The position numbers and the translations under genes were made by a program. This document shows, piece by piece, positions 46,729-56,662 of a stretch of 64,000 bases of DNA (position 1 is its first letter; each line of letters opens with the position of its first letter). Source of the DNA: Lachnospiraceae bacterium (GTDB taxonomy: Bacteria > Bacillota > Clostridia > Lachnospirales > Lachnospiraceae). The stretch lies in contig JAVVVI010000003.1 of assembly GCA_036652735.1 (NCBI GenBank), positions 42,095 to 106,094 on the forward strand, in the 5' to 3' direction. The notes below the pieces were generated by a model. The model had not been told where the DNA came from, searched no databases, and was given only the letters and a program-made list of their open reading frames with translations.

Positions 46729-47330
46729 TGAAAAATATGACCTTAGAGGCATTTACCCAATTAACAGAATCAGATGCACCGGCACCGGGTGGCGGAAGCG
46801 TAGCGGCATTAGCAGGAGCTTTGGGTGCAGCATTATCCGGTATGGTTGCAAATTTAACGATTGGTAAAGAAAAATATACCGATGTACAAGAACAGATGAA
46901 AACAATGGAGCAGTCCGCAAATAGCCTTTCGGCAAAGCTTTTGAATGCAATTTCGGAAGACAGTGAATCTTTTGGACTATATATGGACGCTTTAAAACTT
47001 CCAAAAGAAACAGATGAGGATAAGGCGATACGAAGAGCAGCAATGCAAGAGGGATTAAAAAAAGCAGCACAGGTTCCTCTGCATACGGCAGAGCTGTCTT
47101 ATGAAGTAATGGACTATGCAGAACTTGCAGTGAAACAGGGAAATAAAAATGCAGTTACAGATGGGAAAACAGCCGCAATGATGGCACGTACAGCTGTGCT
47201 CAGTGCAGGACTCAATGTTCGAATCAATTTAGACTCTATTAAGGATGAAGCATTTGTGAAAGAGTTAAAAGACAAGTTGGATGTTATTGAAAAAAATGCA
47301 ATTCGACGAGAAGCAGAGATTTTAGGATAA
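46728..47330 (+). CDS. formiminotetrahydrofolate cyclodeaminase / cyclohydrolase family protein
   Basis: TAATG overlap with the upstream gene. PAPGGGSVAALAGALGAAL motif. Confidence 0.8.
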   Translation: MKNMTLEAFTQLTESDAPAPGGGSVAALAGALGAALSGMVANLTIGKEKYTDVQEQMKTMEQSANSLSAKLLNAISEDSESFGLYMDALKLPKETDEDKAIRRAAMQEGLKKAAQVPLHTAELSYEVMDYAELAVKQGNKNAVTDGKTAAMMARTAVLSAGLNVRINLDSIKDEAFVKELKDKLDVIEKNAIRREAEILG

Positions 47331-47370
47331 AAAAAACCCGGAAGTGGCAAACGCCAACTTCCGGTTTTTT
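47331..47370. terminator. bidirectional terminator between convergent operons
   Basis: A6 - CCGGAAGTGGC / GCCAACTTCCGG (one bulged A) - T6. Confidence 0.8.
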
Positions 47371-47371
47371 A

Positions 47372-47815
47372 TTAGAGCTTTCTTCTTTTATGGGAACGAT
47401 ATTTTTCTTCACAATATTTGCAGCGGTATACTTCACGTTCCGGGTCGGAGAGAACAAAGACTTGTTCTAATTCCTGCTCGATGGATGTAATACAGCGCGG
47501 GTTTTTACATTTAATTACATTATGAATTTCAGAAGGAAGAGTAAGACTTTTCTTCTCCACAATGGTTTGTCCCTTTACAATGTTAACGGTGATATTGTGA
47601 TCAAGGAAGCCAAGGATATTTAAATCCAGAGAGCCAACAGGACATTCCACTTTTAAAATATCTTTTTTCCCCATAGCATGACTGGATGCATTTGTAATAA
47701 TTGCAACAGTACAGTCTAATTCATTAAGCTGCATATCACGATAAATCTGTAATGCCATTCCTGCTTGAATATGATCAAAGACGTAGCCTTCTGCGATTGC
47801 ACCAACGTTTAACAT
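47372..47815 (-). CDS. pyrI: aspartate carbamoyltransferase regulatory subunit
   Basis: [11 protein letters not shown]-terminal motif. Zinc domain CKNPRCIT ... CKYCE. Confidence 0.9.
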   Translation of the reverse strand: MLNVGAIAEGYVFDHIQAGMALQIYRDMQLNELDCTVAIITNASSHAMGKKDILKVECPVGSLDLNILGFLDHNITVNIVKGQTIVEKKSLTLPSEIHNVIKCKNPRCITSIEQELEQVFVLSDPEREVYRCKYCEEKYRSHKRRKL

Positions 47816-48729
47816 ACTTCCACCTCCAATAATGTTAGAATAAGAGCCATTCTGGCATAGACACCATAGGTTGCCTGTCTAAAGTAGGCAGCTCTTGGAT
47901 CATCATCTACTTCAATGGCAATTTCGTTTACACGGGGAAGCGGATGCATCACAATCATATCATCTTTTCCAAGAGCCATTTTCTCTTTATTCAGTATGTA
48001 GAAATCCTTCATACGAATGTAGTCTTCTTCATTGAAAAAACGTTCTTTCTGAACACGGGTCATATAAAGAATATCAAGGTCAGCCATGGCATCCTCCAAA
48101 CGTTCTACTTCTTTATAAGGAATATTATTATGTTCCAGGGCTTCTTCTTTAATGTAGCTTGGAATTCGCAATTCATCAGGAGAAATTAGTACAAATTTTA
48201 CATTTGGATAGCGAACCAGTGCATGAATGAGGGAATGAACAGTTCTTCCGAATTTCAAATCCCCGCATAGACCAATGGTAATATTGTCCAATCGACCTTT
48301 TAATTGTTTAATTGTAAGTAAATCAGTAAGGGTTTGGGTTGGATGCTGATGACCGCCATCACCTGCATTGATTACAGGAATTAATGACCTTTGTGAAGCA
48401 ACAAGTGGTGCACCTTCCTTTGGGTGACGCATTGCACAGATATCAGCATAGCTGGAAATCACTCGGATTGTATCGGATACGCTTTCGCCTTTTGCAGCGG
48501 AACTGCTACTGGCCTCGGAGAAACCAAGAACGGAACCTCCCAAATTTAACATTGCTGCTTCAAAACTAAGTCGCGTTCTGGTGCTTGGTTCATAGAAGCA
48601 GGTTGCAAGAGTTTTCCCCTCACAGACATGTGCATATTTTTGAGGATTTTTTTCAATGTCACCGGCTAAGCATAATAGCTTATCCAACTCTTCAACTGAA
48701 AAATCCAATGGACTCATTAAGTGCCGCAT
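47809..48729 (-). CDS. pyrB: aspartate carbamoyltransferase catalytic subunit
   Basis: [25 protein letters not shown] prefer the ATG at 48729 ([10 protein letters not shown]), preceded by AGGAGG, over the ORF-track start at 48747. Confidence 0.9.
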   Translation of the reverse strand: MRHLMSPLDFSVEELDKLLCLAGDIEKNPQKYAHVCEGKTLATCFYEPSTRTRLSFEAAMLNLGGSVLGFSEASSSSAAKGESVSDTIRVISSYADICAMRHPKEGAPLVASQRSLIPVINAGDGGHQHPTQTLTDLLTIKQLKGRLDNITIGLCGDLKFGRTVHSLIHALVRYPNVKFVLISPDELRIPSYIKEEALEHNNIPYKEVERLEDAMADLDILYMTRVQKERFFNEEDYIRMKDFYILNKEKMALGKDDMIVMHPLPRVNEIAIEVDDDPRAAYFRQATYGVYARMALILTLLEVEVC

Positions 48730-48789
48730 AATTTTCCTCCTATTCATTTTTTGACATATTTTGATGAAATACCTCTAGGCATTTCTACG

Positions 48790-48818
48790 ATTATACAATG
48801 CTGAAAATTCACTGTCAA
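48790..48818 (-). promoter_or_regulatory. consensus promoter for pyrBI (TTGACA-17 nt-TATAAT on the minus strand)
   Basis: The plus strand shows ATTATA at 48790-48795 and TGTCAA at 48813-48818, with a 17-nt spacer. Confidence 0.65.
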
Positions 48819-48990
48819 GGGAAATTATAAAAAAAATAAAAAATAAAAGGCAATTTTTTAATGGATCAGGAATGATTAAAAAATCCAAATAATGGAAGAA
48901 GATTTTATAAATATACAGGATGCAAAGGAATCAAATGTATATTCATGCAAACATAAAAAATCGTGCGATTCTTCCGAAAAAAATTGCCTA

Positions 48991-49019
48991 TTGATTTATA
49001 AAAAATACTTTGCTATGAT
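48991..49019 (+). promoter_or_regulatory. putative promoter for the APC permease (TTGATT-17 nt-TATGAT)
   Basis: TTGATT 48991-48996. TATGAT 49014-49019. Confidence 0.4.
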
Positions 49020-49063
49020 AAAGCAAATAATAAAAAGAAAGGGTTTTTATAGGGAGAAGAAAA

Positions 49064-50437
49064 ATGGAAAAGGCACCTAAGAAATTCAGGATGTTTGATG
49101 CGGTACTGACCGTAATCTGCATTGTATTTGTTGCGGAGGCAGCGGCACCGGTAGCAACACTTGGCAATTCACAGTATTTTTGGTGGATAGCGTTAATTAT
49201 TTTATATCTGATACCATATGGATTAATTGCCGCAGAACTTGGTACAGCATATCAGGGAGAAGGCGGATTGTATAATTGGGTAAGAAAAGCCTATGGTGAT
49301 AAGTGGGCAAGCAGGGAAGCCTGGTACTATTGGGTAAATTATCCAATATGGAAAGCATCTCTTGCTGTAATGTTTCCACAGATTATAGAAATCATTATAG
49401 GAAAACCAATAGGAGCAGCAGGAACGCTTCTAATTGAATTAGCGTTTATCTGGTTAATTGTGCTTATAAGTTTTTTTAGGGTAAGCGATAGTGCATGGAT
49501 ATTAAAGGGAAGTGCAGCAGTAAAAATATTTTTAGCGTTGACGGTTGGAATTCTGGGGATTTATTGTGCGTTGCACAATGGAATAGCGAATGAATTCACG
49601 GTGAAGTCATTTCTACCTCGATTTGATTTGAAAAGTCTTTCCTATTTAGCTGTAATTTTGTTTAATTTTCATGGATTTGAGATTATTAGCACCATGGCGG
49701 ATACCATGGAAAAACCAAGCAAGCAGATTCCAAAAGCAATTATTACAGGGGGACTTGTAATTGCTTTGATTTACATCTTTACTGCTTTTGGAATAGGTGT
49801 AGCAATACCAAGCAATGAAATCAGTACCAGTACAGGACTTATTGACAGTATTCAATTACTTACCGGTGGGAAAAATGGAGGTTTTCTCATTTTCATGTCG
49901 GTATTATTTCTAATCACATTAATTGGTAATATGATTGCTTGGGCATTAGGCGCAAACAGTGTGGCAGCTTATGCAGCAGAACAGGGCGATATGCCAAAAG
50001 TATTTGCTTCCCGTTTTAAGAAGACAGGAATGCCAAAGGGCGCTTCAATTATGAACGGAGTGATTGCATCTGTAATCGTTATAATTGCGTTGGTTATTCC
50101 GAATAAGAATTTATTCTGGAGCTTCTTTGCACTTAATCTGGTTATGATATTATTGGCATATGCACTTGTGTTTCCGGCGTTTCTTAAGCTCAGGAAGACG
50201 GATCCGGATGGAAGACGTCCCTTTAAAGTATCGGGAAAAAAGTGGTTTATTAGGATGTTTGCGGTGGTACCCTTTGTTCTTACACTAATGGCAGCGGGTT
50301 TTTTGGTGATACCTTTTAGCACATCAAAACAAGCATTGATGGAAGTTCTGCCGGTGACGATAGGCGCGATTATCTTCATATTAATAGGAGAAATGATAGT
50401 TTTAAGGTGTAAATATAAGAAAAATAAAATAAAATAG
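49064..50437 (+). CDS. APC superfamily amino acid permease (glutamate/GABA-antiporter-like subfamily)
   Basis: 12 hydrophobic helices. N-terminal APC pattern AELGTAYQGEGGLYNWV. Confidence 0.8.
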   Translation: MEKAPKKFRMFDAVLTVICIVFVAEAAAPVATLGNSQYFWWIALIILYLIPYGLIAAELGTAYQGEGGLYNWVRKAYGDKWASREAWYYWVNYPIWKASLAVMFPQIIEIIIGKPIGAAGTLLIELAFIWLIVLISFFRVSDSAWILKGSAAVKIFLALTVGILGIYCALHNGIANEFTVKSFLPRFDLKSLSYLAVILFNFHGFEIISTMADTMEKPSKQIPKAIITGGLVIALIYIFTAFGIGVAIPSNEISTSTGLIDSIQLLTGGKNGGFLIFMSVLFLITLIGNMIAWALGANSVAAYAAEQGDMPKVFASRFKKTGMPKGASIMNGVIASVIVIIALVIPNKNLFWSFFALNLVMILLAYALVFPAFLKLRKTDPDGRRPFKVSGKKWFIRMFAVVPFVLTLMAAGFLVIPFSTSKQALMEVLPVTIGAIIFILIGEMIVLRCKYKKNKIK

Positions 50438-50677
50438 AGGAAAATGTAAGCTGAGTGGAAGGAATCGAATAAAAAAACCTAAAAAGCGGGAAAGCCAGCA
50501 TTAGCAAGGCATTAGATGGATGATACTTGAAAATTTAAGTCTAAAATATTGTATATTTAATTTGTACAATAGAAAAAATACTTAATAAATTTAATACAAT
50601 TTCTGTATAAACAAACAAAATCAGACAAAATAGGAAGAAAGTACTTAAAAAAAAGGATGGAACATAAAAACTAAATA

Positions 50678-50686
50678 TGGTATACT
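50678..50686 (+). promoter_or_regulatory. extended -10 element TGgTATACT
   Basis: Located at 50678-50686 within a 311-bp very AT-rich spacer, 63 nt upstream of the ATG at 50749. Confidence 0.35.
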
Positions 50687-50748
50687 CCTTTTATGGCAAT
50701 ATGTGAACTATCTATGAATAATTTAAATCGAATGATTTTGGAGTATGT

Positions 50749-51321
50749 ATGAGAAAAAAAGAAATGAAGAAGCTATATAACCTTGAGTATGAAATGAATC
50801 ATAAAGGGAAAGTAGTTGAAAAGGCTGTTTATGTTGGTGAATATTATCAATTTCAGCAGCCGGGTTACACAAAAAGACAAGTGACACAAAGAATTGTTAT
50901 ATTCTCAATTATCATTACCGCTTCTATTATAGGAGCTGCGTTATTAAATACAGAGAGTACAAGAAATTTTTTCATTGGAGTACCTTATGTATGTCTCTTC
51001 TTGCCGGTATGCTATATGCTTATAGGCACAGGTTCCTTCTTTACAGCACCAGAGAGAATGAATAAGATTGAGTATGCACATTCAATCTTACGGACACAAC
51101 GTAGCATGTGGGGTATTATATGGTTACAATTGTATAGTATTCTTGCGGGAATTGTGTTTTTAATAGTAAAATTTTCTGAGATTGCCCTGTGGAGGGAAAT
51201 TATTTTTGTGGGAATGAACGGAATCTCTTTACTTTTCTGTTGGGTTCAGATAAAATATATACAGAAAGCATGTGCTACAGTTAAGGTGGAAAGCACAATG
51301 GATCAAGAAGAACCAAAGTAA
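50749..51321 (+). CDS. hypothetical 4-TM membrane protein
   Basis: GGAG at 50739-50742. Four hydrophobic helices after a soluble N-terminus of about 45 aa. Family not recognised. Confidence 0.55.
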   Translation: MRKKEMKKLYNLEYEMNHKGKVVEKAVYVGEYYQFQQPGYTKRQVTQRIVIFSIIITASIIGAALLNTESTRNFFIGVPYVCLFLPVCYMLIGTGSFFTAPERMNKIEYAHSILRTQRSMWGIIWLQLYSILAGIVFLIVKFSEIALWREIIFVGMNGISLLFCWVQIKYIQKACATVKVESTMDQEEPK

Positions 51322-51340
51322 GTGTATAGTGGTATACCAT

Positions 51341-51364
51341 CCGGACTTGTTAACAAGCCGGTTT
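51341..51364 (+). terminator. palindromic hairpin with a short T-run (partial terminator or operator)
   Basis: CCGGACTTG TTAA CAAGCCGG (51341-51361, one bulged A) followed by TTT. Confidence 0.4.
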
Positions 51365-51400
51365 GATATAGGTATAAAGATTAAGGAGGAAAGGTTTATT

Positions 51401-53719
51401 ATGAAGAAGAATTTTAAGAGAGTTCTTGCACTTGTACTTGCAGTTGTTATGGTTATTGGCTTAACAGCTTGTGGAGACAAGGGTAAGACAACCACCGGAG
51501 GAAAAGATGGTGGAAAAGACACAGGTAAGACTGTACCATTAGTTGTTGGCTATTCCCCATTCAGCCAGAAGTTTAGTCCATTTTATGCAGAGACACAGTA
51601 TGATACGGATGTAATCAATTTAACACAGGTTGCATTAATGACAACCGACAGAATGGGCGGAATCATTAAGAATGCAATTGAAGGCGAGACCGTTAACTAC
51701 AATGGTACCGACTACAATTACAAAGGTGTAGCAGATATTGACTGGAAGTACGATGAAGGTACAGACCAGACAACATATACTGCAACCATTCGTGATGATG
51801 TTAAGTTCAGCGATGGAACACCAATGACCGCAGATGATATTATCTTTACATACTATGTATATTTGGATAATTCTTATGTTGGTTCCACTACCTTAGGTTC
51901 TTATCCTATCGTAGGATTACAGAATTACTTGTTGAATTCAACAGCAGCAGAAGATGTAAATGTATCTGAAAAAGAAATCGCAGATATGGTGAAGAATCCA
52001 TCTGATGAGATGAAAGATTTCATCATCAATGATGTGATTACAGCAACTCTTCAGGTTGAGCAGACATGGGCAGAAGAAAGCTTTGAAGAAAGAGAAATGG
52101 CTTCAGCAGAAGAATTATTTGTAACAAGCTACAGCTTAGAAAAAGATTACAAATATGATGGTAAAGATTTTGCTACTCTTATCTCAGAGATCGCAGCAAT
52201 GTATGGTACCAATTATGTAGAACTTGCAAATAGATATGCAGGAGATCCAGCATACTTTGACGCAGATGTACTTGGCAAAGCAGAAGACTTAATCAAACAG
52301 GCTAAAGTTGACAAGGCAGGCGGAGAAGAAGTTCCTAACATTACCGGTATCAAGAAAACAGGTGACTATTCAATCGAAGTTATTACCAAGGGATTTGATG
52401 CACCGGCTGTTTATAGCATCTTAGGTGTTGGAATTGCTCCATTACATTATTATGGAGACAAGAGCAATTACGATTATGATAACAACAAATTTGGATTTAC
52501 CCGTAATGACTTGAAGTCAGTAGAAGCAAAAATGACTAAGCCATTAGGTGCCGGTCCTTATGTATTCAAAGAATACAAGAACAAAGTTGTTTATTTTGAA
52601 GCAAATAAAAATTATTTCTTAGGCGAACCAAAGATTAAAGATATGCAATTCAAAGAAATCAATGCAGCAGAGATCGCTTCCGATATTGAAGCTGGAACGG
52701 TTGACTGTGGTGAGATGACAGGTTCCGTAACACGTTTCAACGAAGTAAAAGGATATAACTCAAACGGAGAATTAACCGGAGATGTTATTTCTACAACTTT
52801 GACAGATAACTTAGGATATGGTTACCTTGGTATCAATGCAAATACAGTTAATGTTGGCGGAAAACCTGCATCAGATGAGTCTAAAGCTCTTCGTAGCGGT
52901 TTAATGACAGTTCTTTCTGTATACCGTGATACAGCTGTAGATACTTATTATGCAGAAGGTGCTTCTGTAATTAACTACCCAATCTCCAATACATCATGGG
53001 CTGCTCCTCAGACCACAGATGATGGATACAAAGTAGCTTATTCTACAAATCCGGCAGGAGAACCACTTTACACTTCAGAGATGAGTGCAGATGAGAAATA
53101 TGCAACAGCAATTGCAGCAGCAACTGAATTCTTCAAAAAAGCTGGCTACAAGTTTGATGAAGGATCCGGTAAATTTACCGCAGCTCCAAATGGCGCAAAA
53201 ATGTCTTATGAAGCAATTATTCCGGCAGATGGTTCCGGAGATCACCCTTCTTATGGCGTTTTAACAGATGCAAAAGCAGCACTTGAATCGATTGGTATTG
53301 AATTAGTAATCAATGATCCAGCAGATTCCAATGTTCTTTGGGATGCACTTGATGCAGGAACCCAGGAATTATGGTGTGCAGCTTGGAATTCAACTGTTGA
53401 CCCTGATATGTTCCAGATCTATCATAGCTCAGGTATTGTAGGCCGTGGTGGTTCTGATTCTAACCACTATCATATGGATGATAAGAAGTTAGATGAATTA
53501 ATTACTGCAGCTCGTAAGAGTGATGACCAGAGTTATAGAAAAGCTGTTTACAAAGAATGCTTTGATATTATCATGGACTGGTCTGTAGAACTTCCAGTAT
53601 ACCAGAGACAGAACATCGTAATCTTTAGTTCAGAGCGTATGAATATGTCAACCTTAACACCGGATATTACAACTTTCTGGAAATGGTATTATGATATTGA
53701 GAAGTTAGAAATGAACTAA
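51401..53719 (+). CDS. ABC transporter substrate-binding lipoprotein, family 5 (peptide/nickel), unusually large
   Basis: AAGGAGGA SD. Signal peptide with lipobox GLTAC-G. SBP_bac_5-like core (GTGPYVFKEY-type element LGAGPYVFKEYK). 772 aa from the ATG at 51401. Confidence 0.85.
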   Translation: MKKNFKRVLALVLAVVMVIGLTACGDKGKTTTGGKDGGKDTGKTVPLVVGYSPFSQKFSPFYAETQYDTDVINLTQVALMTTDRMGGIIKNAIEGETVNYNGTDYNYKGVADIDWKYDEGTDQTTYTATIRDDVKFSDGTPMTADDIIFTYYVYLDNSYVGSTTLGSYPIVGLQNYLLNSTAAEDVNVSEKEIADMVKNPSDEMKDFIINDVITATLQVEQTWAEESFEEREMASAEELFVTSYSLEKDYKYDGKDFATLISEIAAMYGTNYVELANRYAGDPAYFDADVLGKAEDLIKQAKVDKAGGEEVPNITGIKKTGDYSIEVITKGFDAPAVYSILGVGIAPLHYYGDKSNYDYDNNKFGFTRNDLKSVEAKMTKPLGAGPYVFKEYKNKVVYFEANKNYFLGEPKIKDMQFKEINAAEIASDIEAGTVDCGEMTGSVTRFNEVKGYNSNGELTGDVISTTLTDNLGYGYLGINANTVNVGGKPASDESKALRSGLMTVLSVYRDTAVDTYYAEGASVINYPISNTSWAAPQTTDDGYKVAYSTNPAGEPLYTSEMSADEKYATAIAAATEFFKKAGYKFDEGSGKFTAAPNGAKMSYEAIIPADGSGDHPSYGVLTDAKAALESIGIELVINDPADSNVLWDALDAGTQELWCAAWNSTVDPDMFQIYHSSGIVGRGGSDSNHYHMDDKKLDELITAARKSDDQSYRKAVYKECFDIIMDWSVELPVYQRQNIVIFSSERMNMSTLTPDITTFWKWYYDIEKLEMN

Positions 53720-53766
53720 TTCATTCAAATGAACTTTGATTCATGTAGGTAGTAAGCTTTAGCTGG

Positions 53767-53792
53767 TCGAGCCTGCTGGGAAGCAGGCTCGA
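53767..53792 (+). other. perfect 11-bp intra-operon hairpin after the binding-protein gene
   Basis: TCGAGCCTGCT (53767-53777) GGGA AGCAGGCTCGA (53782-53792). No U-tail. Confidence 0.6.
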
Positions 53793-53869
53793 TTAGTATG
53801 AGAGGTTTCTTATGGGAAAGGATTGAGGGATTTTTCCGTGGGAAACACAGGATAAAGAGAGGGTTTTAT

Positions 53870-54856
53870 ATGCGTAAATATATTATAAAAAGATTACTGA
53901 TTGGAATATTAATTGTAATTTTTGGAGCATTAGTTGTATATGCTGTAGTACGTTGTCTCCCAAGTTCCTATGTAGAGACAATGGCAAGACAGAGAGCAGC
54001 AGCATCCAGAACAATGTCCTATCAGCAGATGTTAGCAAGATTAAATCATTTATATGGAATGGATTGTAGTATTCCGGTTGGTTATGTAAAATGGTTGGGC
54101 AGCGCCATTCAGGGAGATTTTGGTGAATCCTGGAAATGGGGCGGAACCGTTGTTGCAAAGTTTAAATCCGTAATTGGATATTCCGTTCTTCTGAATTCAA
54201 TTACCATGATTGTTCAGTGTGGAATTGGTATTCCACTGGGAATACTTGCAGCTAGAAAACAGTATAGCAAAGTAGATTATGCCGTAACAATATTCGCATT
54301 AATGGGAGTGTCGTTGCCGTCGTTCTTCTTAGCTTCTATATTAAAATTTGTGTTTGCCGTAAAATTGAAATGGGTTGATGCCGAAGGTCTTGTAGGACGT
54401 TACTATAACCAGTTAAGTCCAATGGGAAAAGTCGGCGATATTGCACAGCATATGATACTTCCGGTTATTGTTCTATGTATGTTAAGTATCGGAGGGTTAA
54501 TGAGATATACGCGTACGAATATGCTTGAGGTTCTCAATGCAGATTATATTCGTACAGCAAGAGCAAAGGGATTGCCTGAAAAGGCTGTAATTAATCATCA
54601 TGCATTTAGAAATACATTGATTCCACTTGTAACTTTCTTAAGTTATTTACTTCCGTCCATGTTTGGTGGTTCCATGATTACGGAACAGTTATTCTCAATA
54701 CCGGGAATTGGACAAGCATTTTTTCAATCAACCAAAGAGGGTGATATTCCGTTCATCATGTTCTACAGTTTATTTATTATCGTACTAACGCAGATCAGTT
54801 TGTTGATTGCAGACCTTGTGTATGCAGCAGTTGACCCGCGTGTACGTATTAGTTAA
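53870..54856 (+). CDS. ABC transporter permease (OppB/DppB-type)
   Basis: MRKYIIKRLL start typical of OppB. EAA-region YIRTARAKGL. Confidence 0.9.
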   Translation: MRKYIIKRLLIGILIVIFGALVVYAVVRCLPSSYVETMARQRAAASRTMSYQQMLARLNHLYGMDCSIPVGYVKWLGSAIQGDFGESWKWGGTVVAKFKSVIGYSVLLNSITMIVQCGIGIPLGILAARKQYSKVDYAVTIFALMGVSLPSFFLASILKFVFAVKLKWVDAEGLVGRYYNQLSPMGKVGDIAQHMILPVIVLCMLSIGGLMRYTRTNMLEVLNADYIRTARAKGLPEKAVINHHAFRNTLIPLVTFLSYLLPSMFGGSMITEQLFSIPGIGQAFFQSTKEGDIPFIMFYSLFIIVLTQISLLIADLVYAAVDPRVRIS

Positions 54857-54871
54857 TGGAGGTGCCCAATA

Positions 54872-56653
54872 ATGGAAAATAAAAATAAGACGGAAGAGCA
54901 AATCTCCAGAAGTGAAATGGAAGAAAAGGCGGCGTTGGAAGAAGCAAAACGTGTCAAAGTTCTGTCCCCTACAATGTTGGTAGTAAAACGTTTCTTAAGG
55001 AATAGACTTGCAATTACCGGGTTAGCAATTTTAGTATTTATGTTCATATTCTCTTTTATCGGAGGTATGTTCTCACCATATACCGTATCAAAGGTGTTTA
55101 AAGAGACACAGAGAATTAAAAAAGATTATGCAACAGCAATGTACAATAAGGATTTAAGATATGTCATGAAAGAAGGTGTTGAACTGTCAGCGGCAGCAAA
55201 GACACAGTTTGTTCTGGCATTGGCAACTTCCGAAGATACGTTCCAGGATGGAGATATTTCTTATCGTTATGTTAAGGAAGGCGATGATCTTTATCGTATT
55301 GTATTATTAGAACAGAAAGCAGCTTATTCCAATCTTGCTGGAACTTATCATCTAGTGGATGATGCATTTACATTAACACCGGAGATGAAGACCGCTTTTG
55401 AAGCTGCAAGAACAGCAAAAGAGTCCTCTTTCAGTGCAGATGGACAAAGATATTTTATCCAGAAGGAAGCAAAAGATACTTATATTTGTGAGACACAGAA
55501 TGTGGGCTTGGCAACGAAAGATATCTGCGATTCCCTTGATCCGGCATATGATGAAATTATGAAAGATTTTGATTTTAGATTAGCCGCAGAGCTGGCAGTA
55601 AATTCGGACAAGACATCGTTTGACGCAGACGGAGAGACTTATGAAGTATCGGTTGTCTCAAATGTAACAACAGATGGACAGACGATTCGAAGCGGAGAAA
55701 TCTTACAGGACGGAGCACCGATTGTATCCGTATCTAAGATTGTTATGCAGCCAAAAGCAAATGATGTAATTCTTTCTACCGCATTTAAGGAAGAGACCAG
55801 AAATCAGATCGCAAAAGGTGAATCCACATTTAAGTATACGGTAAATGAGAATGGAGAAGATGTTCAATATTTTGCCAATACAGTAAATGGTAATATTTAT
55901 ATTAAGCATATGAAGGAATCTGAATTAGTAAATACTTATGAAAGTCCTTCAAAAACACATTTATTAGGAACAGATGGTAACGGAATGGATTTAATGACGC
56001 GCCTTATGTATGGTGGTCGTATTTCATTAATGGTAGGTTTTGTTGTTATCTTTATTGAGATTGTGCTTGGTGTTATCGTCGGTGGTGTTGCCGGATTCTT
56101 CGGTGGATGGGTTGACATGGCATTAATGCGTTTCGTAGATTTATTCAATAGTATACCTTACTGGCCAATGATTATCATTGCAGGTGCGGTAATGGATGCA
56201 TTAAAGTTAAATTCAACATTGCGCTTATTCTCTTTAATGTTCATCTTAGGATTCCTAAGCTGGACGGGAATTGCACGAATTGTTCGTGGACAGATTCTTA
56301 CTCTTCGTGAACAGGAATTCATGGTTGCCTGTGAGGCAAACGGTATTCGTACATCAAGACGTATTTTCAAACATTTAGTACCAAATGTTATGCCTTTATT
56401 AATTATCCAGGCTACAATGGGACTTGGTGATGTTATTATTACGGAAGCAACGTTAAGTTACTTAGGATTAGGTGTTAAATATCCAATGGCTTCTTGGGGA
56501 AGTATTATTAATGCAGCTACCGATATGTTCATTATGACGAACTTCTGGTTTGTTTGGATACCGGCAGGTTTCTGTATCCTGTTGACCGTATTAGGATTTA
56601 ACTTCGTAGGTGACGGACTTCGTGATGCGTTTGACCCGAAGATGAAAAGGTAG
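54872..56653 (+). CDS. ABC transporter permease (OppC/DppC-type) with a large extracytoplasmic insertion
   Basis: OppC core (LLGTDGNGMDLMTRLMYGGRISL, EFMVACEANGI). About 290 aa lie between TM1 and the LGTD motif (about 55080-55960). Confidence 0.85.
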   Translation: MENKNKTEEQISRSEMEEKAALEEAKRVKVLSPTMLVVKRFLRNRLAITGLAILVFMFIFSFIGGMFSPYTVSKVFKETQRIKKDYATAMYNKDLRYVMKEGVELSAAAKTQFVLALATSEDTFQDGDISYRYVKEGDDLYRIVLLEQKAAYSNLAGTYHLVDDAFTLTPEMKTAFEAARTAKESSFSADGQRYFIQKEAKDTYICETQNVGLATKDICDSLDPAYDEIMKDFDFRLAAELAVNSDKTSFDADGETYEVSVVSNVTTDGQTIRSGEILQDGAPIVSVSKIVMQPKANDVILSTAFKEETRNQIAKGESTFKYTVNENGEDVQYFANTVNGNIYIKHMKESELVNTYESPSKTHLLGTDGNGMDLMTRLMYGGRISLMVGFVVIFIEIVLGVIVGGVAGFFGGWVDMALMRFVDLFNSIPYWPMIIIAGAVMDALKLNSTLRLFSLMFILGFLSWTGIARIVRGQILTLREQEFMVACEANGIRTSRRIFKHLVPNVMPLLIIQATMGLGDVIITEATLSYLGLGVKYPMASWGSIINAATDMFIMTNFWFVWIPAGFCILLTVLGFNFVGDGLRDAFDPKMKR

Positions 56654-56662
56654 GTGTAGACA

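Noticed and set aside
48730-48790. PyrR-dependent attenuator upstream of pyrB
   Set aside because: Only about 55 nt lie between the -10 box and the start codon on the minus strand. I see no terminator/antiterminator pair and no PyrR-box-like loop.
48892-49080. 62-aa plus-strand ORF in the pyrB/permease intergenic region
   Set aside because: It lies in AT-rich promoter DNA and contains the predicted permease promoter. It has no SD, and its Lys-rich translation is what AT-rich sequence gives by chance.
50693-50752. 19-codon upstream ORF (MAICELSMNNLNRMILEYV) whose TGA overlaps the ATG of the 4-TM protein gene (ATGA)
   Set aside because: It has no SD, and its ATG would sit at or before the transcription start implied by the extended -10 at 50678-50686. 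It could only be translated as a leaderless mRNA, and I have no supporting evidence for that.
51272-51400. N-terminal extensions proposed by the ORF track (also 53798-53869, 45772-45834, 31735-31785, 12765-12812, 61029-61088, 5922-5963, 59270-59308)
   Set aside because: In each case an internal ATG is preceded by a strong GGAGG-like SD. That ATG also begins a recognisable signal peptide or family N-terminus. The extension overlaps an upstream gene, promoter or hairpin.
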